DNA of 64,000 bases from Eledone cirrhosa (taxonomy: Eukaryota). Position numbers and translations under genes: made by a program. Position 1 is the stretch's first letter. Each line of letters starts with the position of its first letter. This document shows positions 53,751 through 64,000 of this stretch, one piece after another. The notes under the pieces are model-generated. The model was not told the origin of the DNA. It was given only the letters and a program-made list of their open reading frames with translations, and did not search any database. The stretch covers positions 356,190,001 to 356,254,000 of the forward strand of contig OZ024743.1 in NCBI GenBank assembly GCA_964016885.1, written 5' to 3'.

Positions 53751-54360
53751 TCTCTTCACCCTCTCTCTCTAACTATCTATCATTCTACCATCTCTCCTTA
53801 ATTACCCATCTCACTCTGTTTAATAGTCTCCTTTTCCTCCTGTCACTAATAACTATTACTATTTCTCCACACACATCTCTCTTTTTTTTTTATTTAATCT
53901 TAAACTCCCTCTCAGCTCCCCCTCTCTCTCTTTTCATGGTTACCAACCCCTCTTTCCATTTGTTTTAACATTTTTATTTATTTATCTCTCATAAATCTAG
54001 TTCTCTCCCTTTGTTTTTCGCGTCTCACTCACTTTAACCATTTCCTATTGTCTATTTTCCTTCTTTCTCTCTCACTTTTTTCATACTTGCTCCTGCATGT
54101 CTATTTCCCTCTCCCTGAGACATTAACCCTCTCTCACCTGTCTTTTCTATTTCTCATAAATACTGACAAATCTCTTCATATTTTCTATCTCTTCAATCTT
54201 TTTTTACAACATCTCTCATCGCTTCTTTTTATCACTACTTCTCTCTATCACTTACTTCTCACTCACTCTTTCAGTAACCCCCTTCTTTCTCCGTCTTCAG
54301 TTTCTCTCTCTATTCTTTGATTCACACTCACTCATCTCTCTCTCTCTCTCTCTCTCTTGC
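52055..54360. repeat. Long polypyrimidine (CT-rich) low-complexity tract with diverged subrepeats
   Basis: Recurrent CACATACACTTACTCTCACTTTGTCTCTCTAC unit; strong strand asymmetry. Confidence 0.9.
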
Positions 54361-54421
54361 TGTGTAATATATCAACGTCCCACTAATTTTTTACGCTCAC
54401 ACACACATTCTTACTCTCTCC

Positions 54422-54878
54422 TGGTAGATCCTCGGTCGGTTTTGAAGATGATCAGCGCTGCTCGGCCAACTAAGCGTTCGACTTGTTAACCAGTGTGTAA
54501 GAGATTGAGTGCTCCACAGGCACAAGTGCCCGTAACATAATTTTCATGTTGAATCCCTGGTGTAGTCTGCGACTAACCCAGGTTCTGCTGCACTTCGGGC
54601 TGAAGAGGTCAAACTCTCCAAGTACCGGCCGCTCTCCGACAACAGGTTTGCGGTCGTGCCCTTGGCAGTGGAGACTTCTGATGTCCTTGGCTCTAGGGCT
54701 ACCTCCCTACTCACCACCATAGGCACTGAGCTGGCCAGCCACAGGTATGAGCCTCGCGAGCTGGAATGGCTCCTCTAGCGCATCTCCCTTATCATCCTCC
54801 GGGGAAACGCTTTCTCCATTCTGTCTGCCGGGGCTGTGGGGCGGCCAGCAAGTGGGACCAAGTTATAGAAAAAAAAAA
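54422..54878 (+). mobile_element. CRE-clade retrotransposon 3' fragment (RLE) with poly(A) tail
   Basis: AALRAEEVKLSKY..FAVVPLAVETSDVLG..L*RISLIILRGNA; A10 tail. Confidence 0.8.
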
Positions 54879-55012
54879 CAACACTTAGAGTAGGACCGAA
54901 CTCGAGATCTGATGATTGCGAACTGAACTTTTTAACTACTTAGCCATGCCTGCTACCGCTCTTTCTCGCTAATAAATTACTGACGCCATATTTGGTTTAA
55001 GCAGTCTTACTT

Positions 55013-55045
<33 letters not shown>

Positions 55046-55052
55046 AAGTCTT

Positions 55053-55109
<57 letters not shown>

Positions 55110-55237
55110 CTTTCTCTTTATCTCTCTTTTCTCTCATTCTCCTTTATATGCACAATATCACAATATCACTAACTCTTTCTCCCTTCCCTCTCTCTCACTA
55201 TTTATCTATCCATCCATCCATCTAAATATATATCTCA

Positions 55238-56107
55238 ATGGTTATATATGGTTATATATCTCAATGGTTATATATCTCAATGGTTATACGCCCCATAATC
55301 AAGATGTCCCCAGATGTATGTGACAGTACAGAGGACCTCCTCAGCAGAATCAGTGAGTGCAACAAAAACAGGAACCTATCCAACTGCATAATAGGCAGTA
55401 TGGATGTGGTATCACTGTACCCATCCATTAACATTGATTTTGCTGTGAAAAAATGTGTGGAGATGATCATTGAGAGTGAGGTGGAGTTCTGCGACGTCGA
55501 CACAGAAGAACTAAGCCTCCTACTTAGACTTACCTACGACACTGACTACCTAGACAGCCATGAACTTAGACGTTTCTGCCCCAGTAGACCCATAAGAGGT
55601 AGACACCCCCACCATAACCTCAATGGCAAAAAAGACTCCCATGGGAAGGTGGATTGGTGGACCAAAGCTATACGGACGCCCCAAAACAATGATCAGGTAA
55701 GAAAAATGGTGGCACATGCAATAGGGTCTAGTATCAAAACTACCCTAAAAGACCACATATTCAAATTCAACGAGAAGATCTACACCCAAAATGAGGGAGA
55801 AGCCATTGGGGTCAGCATAGCTGGTGACGTTGCCAACCTTTTTATGGTATGGTGGGAAAGGAGACTCAAATATCTCCTTGATGAGAGCTCCATAGACCTC
55901 ATCATGTACTCTCGTTACGTAGACGACATCAATATAGTAATAAGAACATCCCCACAAGAGAGCACTAACAAGTTTGATTTAGAACGTAGCACAATGGAAA
56001 GCATCCAGCAGATAGCTAATTCCATACACCAGAGTATAACCTTAACTATCGACTACCCTTCCAAACACCCTAACAATAGACTACCTGTATTAGACACGGG
56101 ACTCTAG
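55238..56107 (+). pseudogene. PLE reverse transcriptase core
   Basis: 289-aa ORF with DVVSLYP and YVDD; premature stop at 56105-56107. Confidence 0.9.
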
Positions 56108-56795
56108 ATTAACACTATAGACGAGAGAGCCCAAATTCTCCACTCACACTATGGCCTCCAAATACCTGATACTCAAAAACTCAGCAATGTCCAGTAGTGC
56201 TAAGTTTAATATTCTGATCGCAGACTTGGTACGAGTGATGAAGAACGTGTCCCGCATGTGCGACCCAACAGAAATGGAAAGACACATCCAACACTTCATC
56301 AACCGCATGCAGTTCTCTGGCTACAACCAAAGAGACAGAATCAGAGTATACGAAGGAGCCACGAAGAAGTATAAGACTCTCATAGAACTGGACATGAAAG
56401 GAATTTGCCCATTATACAGGAGCAAATCATGGAATAGCTTAGATAGGACTAGACATAAGATAGGGAAAGCCACCTCATGGTACGACAACCAGAGATACCA
56501 GAGTGTCATGTTTGTGGACGCTACCCCTGGAGGGAAATTAGCTAACCAGTGTAGAAAGGCCCTGAGAAAGACCCCCCCCAGTGTTGGTCTATCTTTCATC
56601 TATGCTACGAGCTGTCTCGCCTATGTATGCTGTTGTCATGTTTCTGCAAGTACTCTCTGTACATCTTATGCTATAGACTACGTTTCTAGTTTTACAGTTT
56701 ATCCGGGGGTTTACTTTACATATGATACATTTCCTATTAGTACAGTGGGTTTTCTTAAAAGGGTAGGTTTTGCTGATCAGGGATTTTATGGTGGT

Positions 56796-57229
56796 TCAGC
56801 AAAACCTACTCTTTTAAGAAAACCCACTGTACTAATAGGAAATGTATCATATGTAAAGTAAACCCCCGGATAAACTGTAAAACTAGAAACGTAGTCTATA
56901 GCATAAGATGTACAGAGGGTACTTGCAGAAACATGACAACAACATACATAGGCGAGACAGCTCGTAGCATAGGTGAAAGGATAGACCAACACTGGGGGGA
57001 ACTAAAAGGACGGAAAAACGCTTCAGTACTATACGAACATGCCAGACAACAATACGACGGTAACATAGACAACATAAAAATTAGAATAATATCTAAACAT
57101 AGAAACCCAGCAGATAGACAAATCAGAGAGGCCAGCGAAATAGAACTTAGAAGGCCAAGGCTAAACAGAAAAAATGAATGGAATAACAACAACACCCAAA
57201 CAAACAACACTGACCTAAGAGAAGTATAA
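56796..57229 (+). pseudogene. PLE Cys-linker and GIY-YIG endonuclease
   Basis: CTNRKCIICK..NCKTRNVVYSIRC..YIGETARSIGERIDQH. Confidence 0.88.
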
Positions 57230-57471
57230 ATAAAGAAATAAAGAAATACACAAGCACAATAACAACAAACACATATAAACATACACTAGTAAACTAAGAT
57301 AGAATACATTAACCAATACACAGTCCCCCAAACACGAACACACATCAAACAAAACACTATACACACACTGAAACGCATGCGCAGAGAAGACACAAAATAA
57401 ACAAATAGATAAATAAATAAACAGACTAAATAAAGATGGCGTAAGCATACAATACAACGGGAGTAAACATA

Positions 57472-57520
57472 ATAGCACCACTGACGATGTTGTAGATGTG
57501 CAACGAAAGTACTTTGTTAG
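57472..57520 (+). ncRNA. Minimal hammerhead ribozyme in PLE 3' UTR (weak stem I)
   Basis: CTGACGA-T-GTTGT(AGATGT)GCAAC-GAAAGTACTT|TG; palindromic AAAGTACTTT. Confidence 0.65.
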
Positions 57521-57974
57521 ACTATATATATGTGTTTGTGTCTATATTGTATCTGTATTTTTGACCGTTGGTCAGTCAATGGTAACATTGAGGACCGAAT
57601 AAATTAAATTAACCGATATAAAGGACAAAGAAGCGAGTGTGTTCTGTTATTAATTCTGGCAATAATATTACACAGATATGACCCTCCCCAGGTATAACAA
57701 TATATATATATAATGAAATATATGGAGAATAGAAATGGCTGTGTAGTTGCTATTTAAGGTAATTTAAAATGCAGTGGGAATACGAAGACAGCAAGAACAG
57801 GGCGGGGGAGTTTTCCTCATAGTTGTCGACTGGGGGGTCTAGGATATTTCTACGCTTTAAAGATAAGATACCACTTCACCCCAGGGCGTCAATAACTGGA
57901 TAAGTTATTGGGAAAACGAAGGAAGGAGGGAAGGAAAGCAACGGGGAAGAAAAGAGAAACAATATGTCTAACTA

Positions 57975-58022
57975 TATATCTATATATCTATATCTATATA
58001 TCTACATCTATCTATCTATCTG

Positions 58023-58087
<65 letters not shown>
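57975..58087. repeat. (TCTA)n microsatellite, 5' flank of Tx1
   Basis: Direct reading. Confidence 0.95.
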
Positions 58088-58323
58088 AATAATAATCTAG
58101 CTGTCGTCTGTTCTACAGTGTGGATGTCATTCACTTCGCACAGAAGTTTTGTTCAAATCTATTGAGGAAATTTTGTGAGTTCAAACTTAATTTTGATACA
58201 ATTGTGTAGCTTGACCCTCCGTCTGAACTGTCAGGCGGTGGGTCAGCTCATCTTTACCCCTCCTAGAGGTGAAAAACCTGTTTTAAAAAAATTTGTGTAA
58301 AAAATTTCAATCGTCTAACAGAA

Positions 58324-60224
58324 ATGTTAAACGCAGCGAACGAAAATAGTGGTGGGGGGACAGCGGTAAGAGTTGTAAGCTCGCACGCTTTAGTCCTCCC
58401 TTCCTTCCCAACTAACGTCATAGAGAAGGAAGGAAAAATGAAAATAAAAACGGACGAATCTGCGGAGAAAAAATTAAATGACGAAAACGTAAATCTGGAC
58501 TTGGATTCCAACAACGAAAAAAAAAATTTGAAAAATTGCATGACAATACTAATAACACAAACAAATACACAACAAACAAAAAAATAACAGTTGAAAATAA
58601 CACCATATCAGAAAACAAAGCAGACGACAAGATTTCGTTTGCACAGAAAACAAAGAAATCTTTGACTTATATAGCGGAAAACATTTCAGATGTGGTACGA
58701 AGGATCACGGACGCAAAACAATACATAAGTGAAGGTGAGAATGGTATTTTATTGGTAAAAATGCCTCAAGAATTCACGAAAGACATTGAAAGCCGAACGG
58801 TCAAGTTTCGGACCATCAACAACAGTACAAAAAAACCTGAACAGCCTTCTCAAACAGATATCAAAACAGTACTCACAGAAGTACTGAATGAAACAACTTT
58901 CATAAGAAAAGACAGACTGTATGGAAGCCTAGCAAGTATCATGAAGAACGAATCGGCGGCAAAAAAATGTGCTTTGTCACCGATTCGTTCGAAAAATTTC
59001 ACCTTTTATCCATCTTATATGGGGAAAAAAACTCAACGCATATGGCTGGATGCAATGATGCCAGATGTGGACTACTGCTGGCTCATAGCTGGCTTCATCG
59101 ATCCAGTGAATGACAACGTGATTTCCATTGGGAAAACCACAGGCAATGCGTTCAGTGGAACAGGTATAGAGCTGGTAGTACAAATGAAGCCTGAACGCAT
59201 CGCCCAAATACCCGACAGAATCCTATTAGAGGACCACGGGTATATAAACATTAGCGTGGAGGGGAGAAGGCCGTCCTGCCATATCTGTGCAGGCAGAGGG
59301 CACCTGAAGGCCGCTTGTCCCCAACTCAACAAAAAGAAAACCCTGCTACCAACACCAGCTCCACCACCACCACCACAACAGATAAACAAACAACAAAACT
59401 CAGTCCCACCCAACCCGTCCCTCAGTAACACCACAACACCACCACAACACAAACAGTCACAACACATTACCCCAAAACAAAATACAGGCCCACCCAACCT
59501 CTCACTCAATAAAACAACACAACCACCGCAGACACAACACACAACACAGTCTAACATAGTGACATCCATCTCCCCCACAAAGAAAACCAACACGGAAACA
59601 TTACCAGCAAACATACCTCTTCCCTCCAACACTGAAGATAACCCAACGAATTCGGAGGAAGAAACGGAGTCCTTCAGACAGATTAAAAGGAAAAAAAGAA
59701 AACATGTGCAAAACACACAAGGACAAACAACCCCCACCCAAATCGCAACACAATCCAACAAAACAGAAAACACCCCTCCAGCAACAAACAAAACCAAACC
59801 TGCCCCTCCCCTCTTCGAAACAGTCACACCATCGGAAAAAAAGACATTACACTATACTTACATCAACAGAAACAATAATAAATTAAATGAACTCATATAC
59901 AATAATCCTTCGGTACAAACCGAAGGTGTAAACTTTGTTTCGTCAGAAAACCACCCACATTTAAAACTAATAAAAATCCCAATGAACCTCTACCAAAAAC
60001 TAAAAAAGGATTTTAAGGAGGACGTAGGACCACCCTCTGTCAAACCCATAAACCGCGTCCTACTAAAAAGCTTTCCCCCTCCCCTTCCCCTCCCCAACAC
60101 AACTCCAAACACCCCAACCCCACCACACACTGACGACCCCACACCACCACAAGACACCCCTTCACCCAACACCCCCGACCCCATGGAAGTCGTGCAACCC
60201 GAACCCCGGGAAGCGGAAAGGTAG
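58324..60224 (+). CDS. Tx1 ORF1p (CCHC knuckle, long P/T/Q-rich tail); needs a -1 shift near the A10 run at 58517-58526
   Basis: CHICAGRGHLKAAC in frame 58536-60224; the ATG-bearing upstream frame 58324-58587 overlaps it. Confidence 0.8.
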
Positions 60225-60257
60225 GTCTCTACACTCTCCTTTGGCTCTGCCGCCCAC

Positions 60258-63200
60258 ATGGATGTGTTAAGAGTAGGATGTTTGAATGCACGTGGCCTGG
60301 GCTCAACTTGGAAGCAAGCAAAGCTTCTAAATGACCTCAGGTCATGTAGTATAAATGTAATGGTTATCTGTGAGACTCGAATCAGCGTCATGCGGCAGCT
60401 GGCCCCCACCTTCGATGACTTTGAGGTGCATGCATCTCTCTGTCAACCTGGAGGTGGGGGTGGGGTTGTCGTACTGCTGCAAAAACACCTGGGTCTTGCC
60501 GTACAGGTTGTGCACTCGGACCCGGAGGGTCGTTTGTTGGTGCTAGACGTTGGCAGTAGTGAAAGTGCGGCCTTGAGACTGGTCGCCGTCTACTCCCCTT
60601 TCGGAGCTGAACGGCCCGACTTCTTCCAACGTTTGGAGACTTTTCTGGGAACGTCGCGTTCCCTGCTTCTAGCGGGGGATTGGAATGACATCCTGGATGC
60701 ACGTTGGGACTATGCAGGAGCATGTCCTAATAGAGGGGGTTGTAACAGCCTCAAGGGGTTACTCGACCGTTTTAACTTGGTCGATAGATATCGACTAGAT
60801 TTTCCAACTGTGCCTACCTGGACTTGGAGAAACCACAGTGGTCAATCTAGATCGTACTTAGATAGATTCTTAGTTAGAAGTAAGGATAGGGACATATTAA
60901 GCTGTCCAGAAATGCGCACGGTTGGCTACACGGATCACAAATTAGTGACCTGCGTGGTCAATCTCGAGAAAACACATAGACAGGGTCCCGGTTACTGGAA
61001 ACTTAATTTGTCTTTACCGGCAAAAGAGACTTACAGAAACCGGATTAGCAGATTAGTTAAGGAGAGGTTGACGGGTGCAATCGTCAACAACCGATGGTGG
61101 GCATCTCTCAAAAGAGAGATTAGAACAGAATCAATAAGTTATAGCAAGATGTTAGCTGCCGATAGGAATAGAAACGAGAAAGAATTAACAGGTAAATTAG
61201 AAGAGGCAATCAAGAGCGAAGATGTGGCCAGAGTGCTGGCATCGAGGACGGCCTTGAACCAGTTTTTCGATGCAAAGCATGAAGGCTGCGTCATTCGAAG
61301 TAAAATACGTGCTCTAGGTAATGAGGGGGCCAAAGCCGTTGGATGGGCCCGCGTGACAGAAGCTAAGAGTGGAAATCGATCCACCATCCGGTCGTTGCAA
61401 GACGAAGATGGACGAGTGATCCGGGAGCCTAAGCAGATGTGCGAGGCCTTTCAAAAGCACTTTGCCCGATTGTTCGGGGGGGGCGAGGGTCCGGGCGGGG
61501 GCGTGGATTTCGGTCCATACCTCGACGGCCTGCCGCGTCTCTCGAACAAAGAGGCAGAGTCCTGCGAGGGACCAATCTCGGCTGATGAGATCGGAGATGC
61601 GCTGAGCCAATGCAGCAGACGCAAATCTCCAGGTCTCGATGGTATACCTTACGAACTTTATTTAGCAATGCCGGTCTTCTTCTCCGAACTCCTCGAAGCG
61701 GTCTACTGCAATTGGCAGCAGAACGGGAGAATTCCTTGTTCTGTAGCCAAGGGCGTAGTCACGCTGGTGAGGAAGGACGAGAACAAGGGGGATAGTATAA
61801 ATAATTTTCGGCCCATAACCCTGCTAAACACAGAGTTAAAGATTTTGGCCAAGGTGTTAGCAAAGAGGTTGGCGCTTGTCGTGGGTGGCCTGGTGGGAGA
61901 TGCGCAGACATGTGCTATCCCATCCAGGTCCATTCACGATAACCTCCACCTCATGCGATACATCATAGAGAGGGTTGGCAACAAACCCGGCTTCGGTGGG
62001 GCCCTGATCAACTTGGATCAGTCTAAGGCCTTCGATAGGGTCGACCATGGTTACCTGGATGCGGTGCTAGCGGCGGCTGGGTTCGGTCCTGTTTTCAGAG
62101 ACTGGATCACTGCCCTACATAGCAACCACATCTGTTCTAGGATCAAGGTGAACGGCTACCTTTCGAAGCCGTTCGAAATCACACGATCCATTCGACAGGG
62201 GTGCCCTCTCTCCTCCCTTCTGTACGTATTGACTCTCGAGCCTTTACTGAGGAAGTTGGAGTTGTTGCAGGGTATCCCCCTGGAACCAGGATTGAGCAAA
62301 GCGGTGTCGGCCTACGCCGATGACGTAACAGTAATGGTATCAACCGACTCGGAGATCGAGGCGATCGGTACCTTACTGGAGGAGTACGAAAGGTTGTCAG
62401 GAGCGAAACTGAACCGGGAAAAATCCATCGGGCTGCAACTCGGAACGTGGAGAGGCAAACCGATGCCTCCTGACGGTGTCGTCGGACACTGGACGGAGGG
62501 CCCGGTAAAGTTGCTTGGGGTCTGGTTTGGACCGGACCTCCAGGTGGAAAAGAACTGGAACGAGGTTACGAACAAGGTGTTTGCACTAACCCAGAAATGG
62601 GCCAAGTGTAAGCTGTCCCTAAAAGGCCGGGCGGAGGTGGCGAACATTTACATAGCGTCCGTCACTTACTACCGCCTGACTGTCGTGCCTTGCCCTAAGG
62701 AAACACTCACCACCATGGAACGCATGCTCTTCCAATTTCTTTGGAAGAAGCGTCCTCCTATGGTGAGAAGATCCATCTGCTGCCAACAACCTTCGAAAGG
62801 AGGGCTGGGGATGCCGTGGTTGATGATGCGTAGGCACGCATTAAGGCTACGGCACCTACAGGTATTCCTCACTGGTCAACCGGTGTGGGCTCCGTTCGTG
62901 AAACGAGCCTTTCCGAGACTCGTCTCACTCACCGAGCTACAGTCCTGGGTCAAGCAAAGATCCGGAAAACTGGGAGACTTGGACACTGAGTGTGCTCAGG
63001 CGCTCAGGGCTCTCTGGCAAGCGGGCCAGGCCATCGGTGGAGAATCCACCTCATCATTCTATAGAGGGCTGGTGGCTAGCAGGGGCGATGACACCCTTGG
63101 AGAGTCGCTGGACATGGAAGAAGACGAACTGGCCAGCCTGTTCGGTAGGACTTTCGGCCCAGGACCAATGGACAACTTCCAGAAGTCACTGGCCTGGCAG

Positions 63201-63695
63201 TGCTACCGAGGGGCTCTACCCGTTCGAGAGAGGCTCTACAGACACGGGCGCCCGGGCAGGGATCCCTCAAAAAAGATTTGCCCTAGATGCGTGCGTCACG
63301 AAGAAACCGTAGCGCACGCATTGGTGCAATGTCCGGGCGTGGCTGATCTGTGGGGCTACGCCGAACAACTGCTGTCGCGGGTGGCGCCGATTAAATTGAC
63401 CGCCGAGTCCGTGATGACAATCAAACCGCCTCCCCTCTTCACAAAGGAAGCAAAGGCGGTTTTTCTGTGCGTAATAGCCATGTTGAAAGAGGTTGTTTGG
63501 TGGACACGATTGAAAGGTCTGAGGTCAGGCAACTTCCTCTCTGGCCATAGTCTGGTCTACTTCTTCCGATATCACTTCGGAAGAAGGATAAGAATGGAGA
63601 GAGAGGTGCTTGGCCACAGGCAGTTTTATGAAAGGTGGGTGATAGTGGCGAGAATGGCTCGTGTAAATGGGCCTTCTCTGTATACCATCCTGTAG
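60258..63695 (+). CDS. Tx1 ORF2p: AP-endonuclease, reverse transcriptase, CCHC zinc finger (1145 aa)
   Basis: LNARGL, VYSP, GDWN, YLDR, TDHK; SPGLDG, FRPITLLN, KAFDRVDH, RQGCPLS, YADD; CPRC..ETVAHALVQC. Confidence 0.97.
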   Translation: MDVLRVGCLNARGLGSTWKQAKLLNDLRSCSINVMVICETRISVMRQLAPTFDDFEVHASLCQPGGGGGVVVLLQKHLGLAVQVVHSDPEGRLLVLDVGSSESAALRLVAVYSPFGAERPDFFQRLETFLGTSRSLLLAGDWNDILDARWDYAGACPNRGGCNSLKGLLDRFNLVDRYRLDFPTVPTWTWRNHSGQSRSYLDRFLVRSKDRDILSCPEMRTVGYTDHKLVTCVVNLEKTHRQGPGYWKLNLSLPAKETYRNRISRLVKERLTGAIVNNRWWASLKREIRTESISYSKMLAADRNRNEKELTGKLEEAIKSEDVARVLASRTALNQFFDAKHEGCVIRSKIRALGNEGAKAVGWARVTEAKSGNRSTIRSLQDEDGRVIREPKQMCEAFQKHFARLFGGGEGPGGGVDFGPYLDGLPRLSNKEAESCEGPISADEIGDALSQCSRRKSPGLDGIPYELYLAMPVFFSELLEAVYCNWQQNGRIPCSVAKGVVTLVRKDENKGDSINNFRPITLLNTELKILAKVLAKRLALVVGGLVGDAQTCAIPSRSIHDNLHLMRYIIERVGNKPGFGGALINLDQSKAFDRVDHGYLDAVLAAAGFGPVFRDWITALHSNHICSRIKVNGYLSKPFEITRSIRQGCPLSSLLYVLTLEPLLRKLELLQGIPLEPGLSKAVSAYADDVTVMVSTDSEIEAIGTLLEEYERLSGAKLNREKSIGLQLGTWRGKPMPPDGVVGHWTEGPVKLLGVWFGPDLQVEKNWNEVTNKVFALTQKWAKCKLSLKGRAEVANIYIASVTYYRLTVVPCPKETLTTMERMLFQFLWKKRPPMVRRSICCQQPSKGGLGMPWLMMRRHALRLRHLQVFLTGQPVWAPFVKRAFPRLVSLTELQSWVKQRSGKLGDLDTECAQALRALWQAGQAIGGESTSSFYRGLVASRGDDTLGESLDMEEDELASLFGRTFGPGPMDNFQKSLAWQCYRGALPVRERLYRHGRPGRDPSKKICPRCVRHEETVAHALVQCPGVADLWGYAEQLLSRVAPIKLTAESVMTIKPPPLFTKEAKAVFLCVIAMLKEVVWWTRLKGLRSGNFLSGHSLVYFFRYHFGRRIRMEREVLGHRQFYERWVIVARMARVNGPSLYTIL

Positions 63696-63909
63696 GTAAA
63701 GAAGTAAAGGAGAGGGGAGCACCTTCTCCATGTGCTCCCCGGGCAAAGGATTGCACACTTTTTCGGGGGTGTGTGCAACCCCCATCACGTCCCCTCCCTT
63801 TTGAGGTTATTTTCGATTATTTTCATGTTACACCCTTTTTACTCGATTATATGTAAACTCCCCCTTTGTATTTGTCCCTTCTTTTTATGCCTTTATGGTA
63901 AATAAAAAA

Positions 63910-63910
<1 letters not shown>

Positions 63911-63950
<40 letters not shown>

Positions 63951-63995
63951 AAGAAAGTTATCTATCTATCTATCTGTTTGTCTGTCGGTCTATCT
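63911..63995. repeat. (TCTA)n microsatellite, 3' flank of Tx1
   Basis: Direct reading. Confidence 0.95.
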
Positions 63996-64000
63996 AACGA

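Larger units (their letters stand above)
55285..57712 (+). mobile_element. Penelope-like element, 5'-truncated, RT plus GIY-YIG, with internal fold-back
   Basis: SMDVVSLYPSI, Q..GEAIG..IAG.VAN, RYVDD, LPVLD; VVYSIRC..TYIGETAR..IRE.SEI..LN; hammerhead in 3' UTR; ends in (TA)n. Confidence 0.92.
58088..63910 (+). mobile_element. Full-length, nearly intact Tx1-clade non-LTR retrotransposon in (TCTA)n
   Basis: 5' UTR, ORF1, 33-nt spacer, uninterrupted ORF2, 3' UTR, AATAAA; (TCTA)n on both sides. Confidence 0.95.

Noticed and set aside
59072-59827. 251-aa antisense ORF in Tx1 ORF1
   Set aside because: Shadow of the C/A-rich Pro/Thr tail, which lacks antisense stop codons

Overview
This is a repeat-saturated, AT-rich animal genomic window with no recognisable host gene. 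The tRNA-derived SINE families and microsatellite load suggest a cephalopod (Octopus-like), which is an inference. The window holds one nearly intact Tx1-clade non-LTR retrotransposon in (TCTA)n and a decayed full-length sister Tx1 in (TAA)n. It also holds four R4/Dong fragments in (TAA)n, two Penelope-like elements (PLEs) with inversions, two CRE fragments, RTE and Tc1 fossils, a hAT-like MITE and many SINEs. The main signal the ORF track misses is a set of at least eight minimal type I hammerhead ribozymes, all in elements that end in (TA)n. Four of them lie in two non-coding, direct-repeat, retrozyme-like elements (1573-2528, predicted 429-nt monomer; 33384-34081, predicted 484-nt monomer). 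Many fold-back palindromes accompany them. Together these suggest a (TA)n-targeted PLE/retrozyme (circular RNA) system, within a wider partitioning of microsatellite types among retroelement families.
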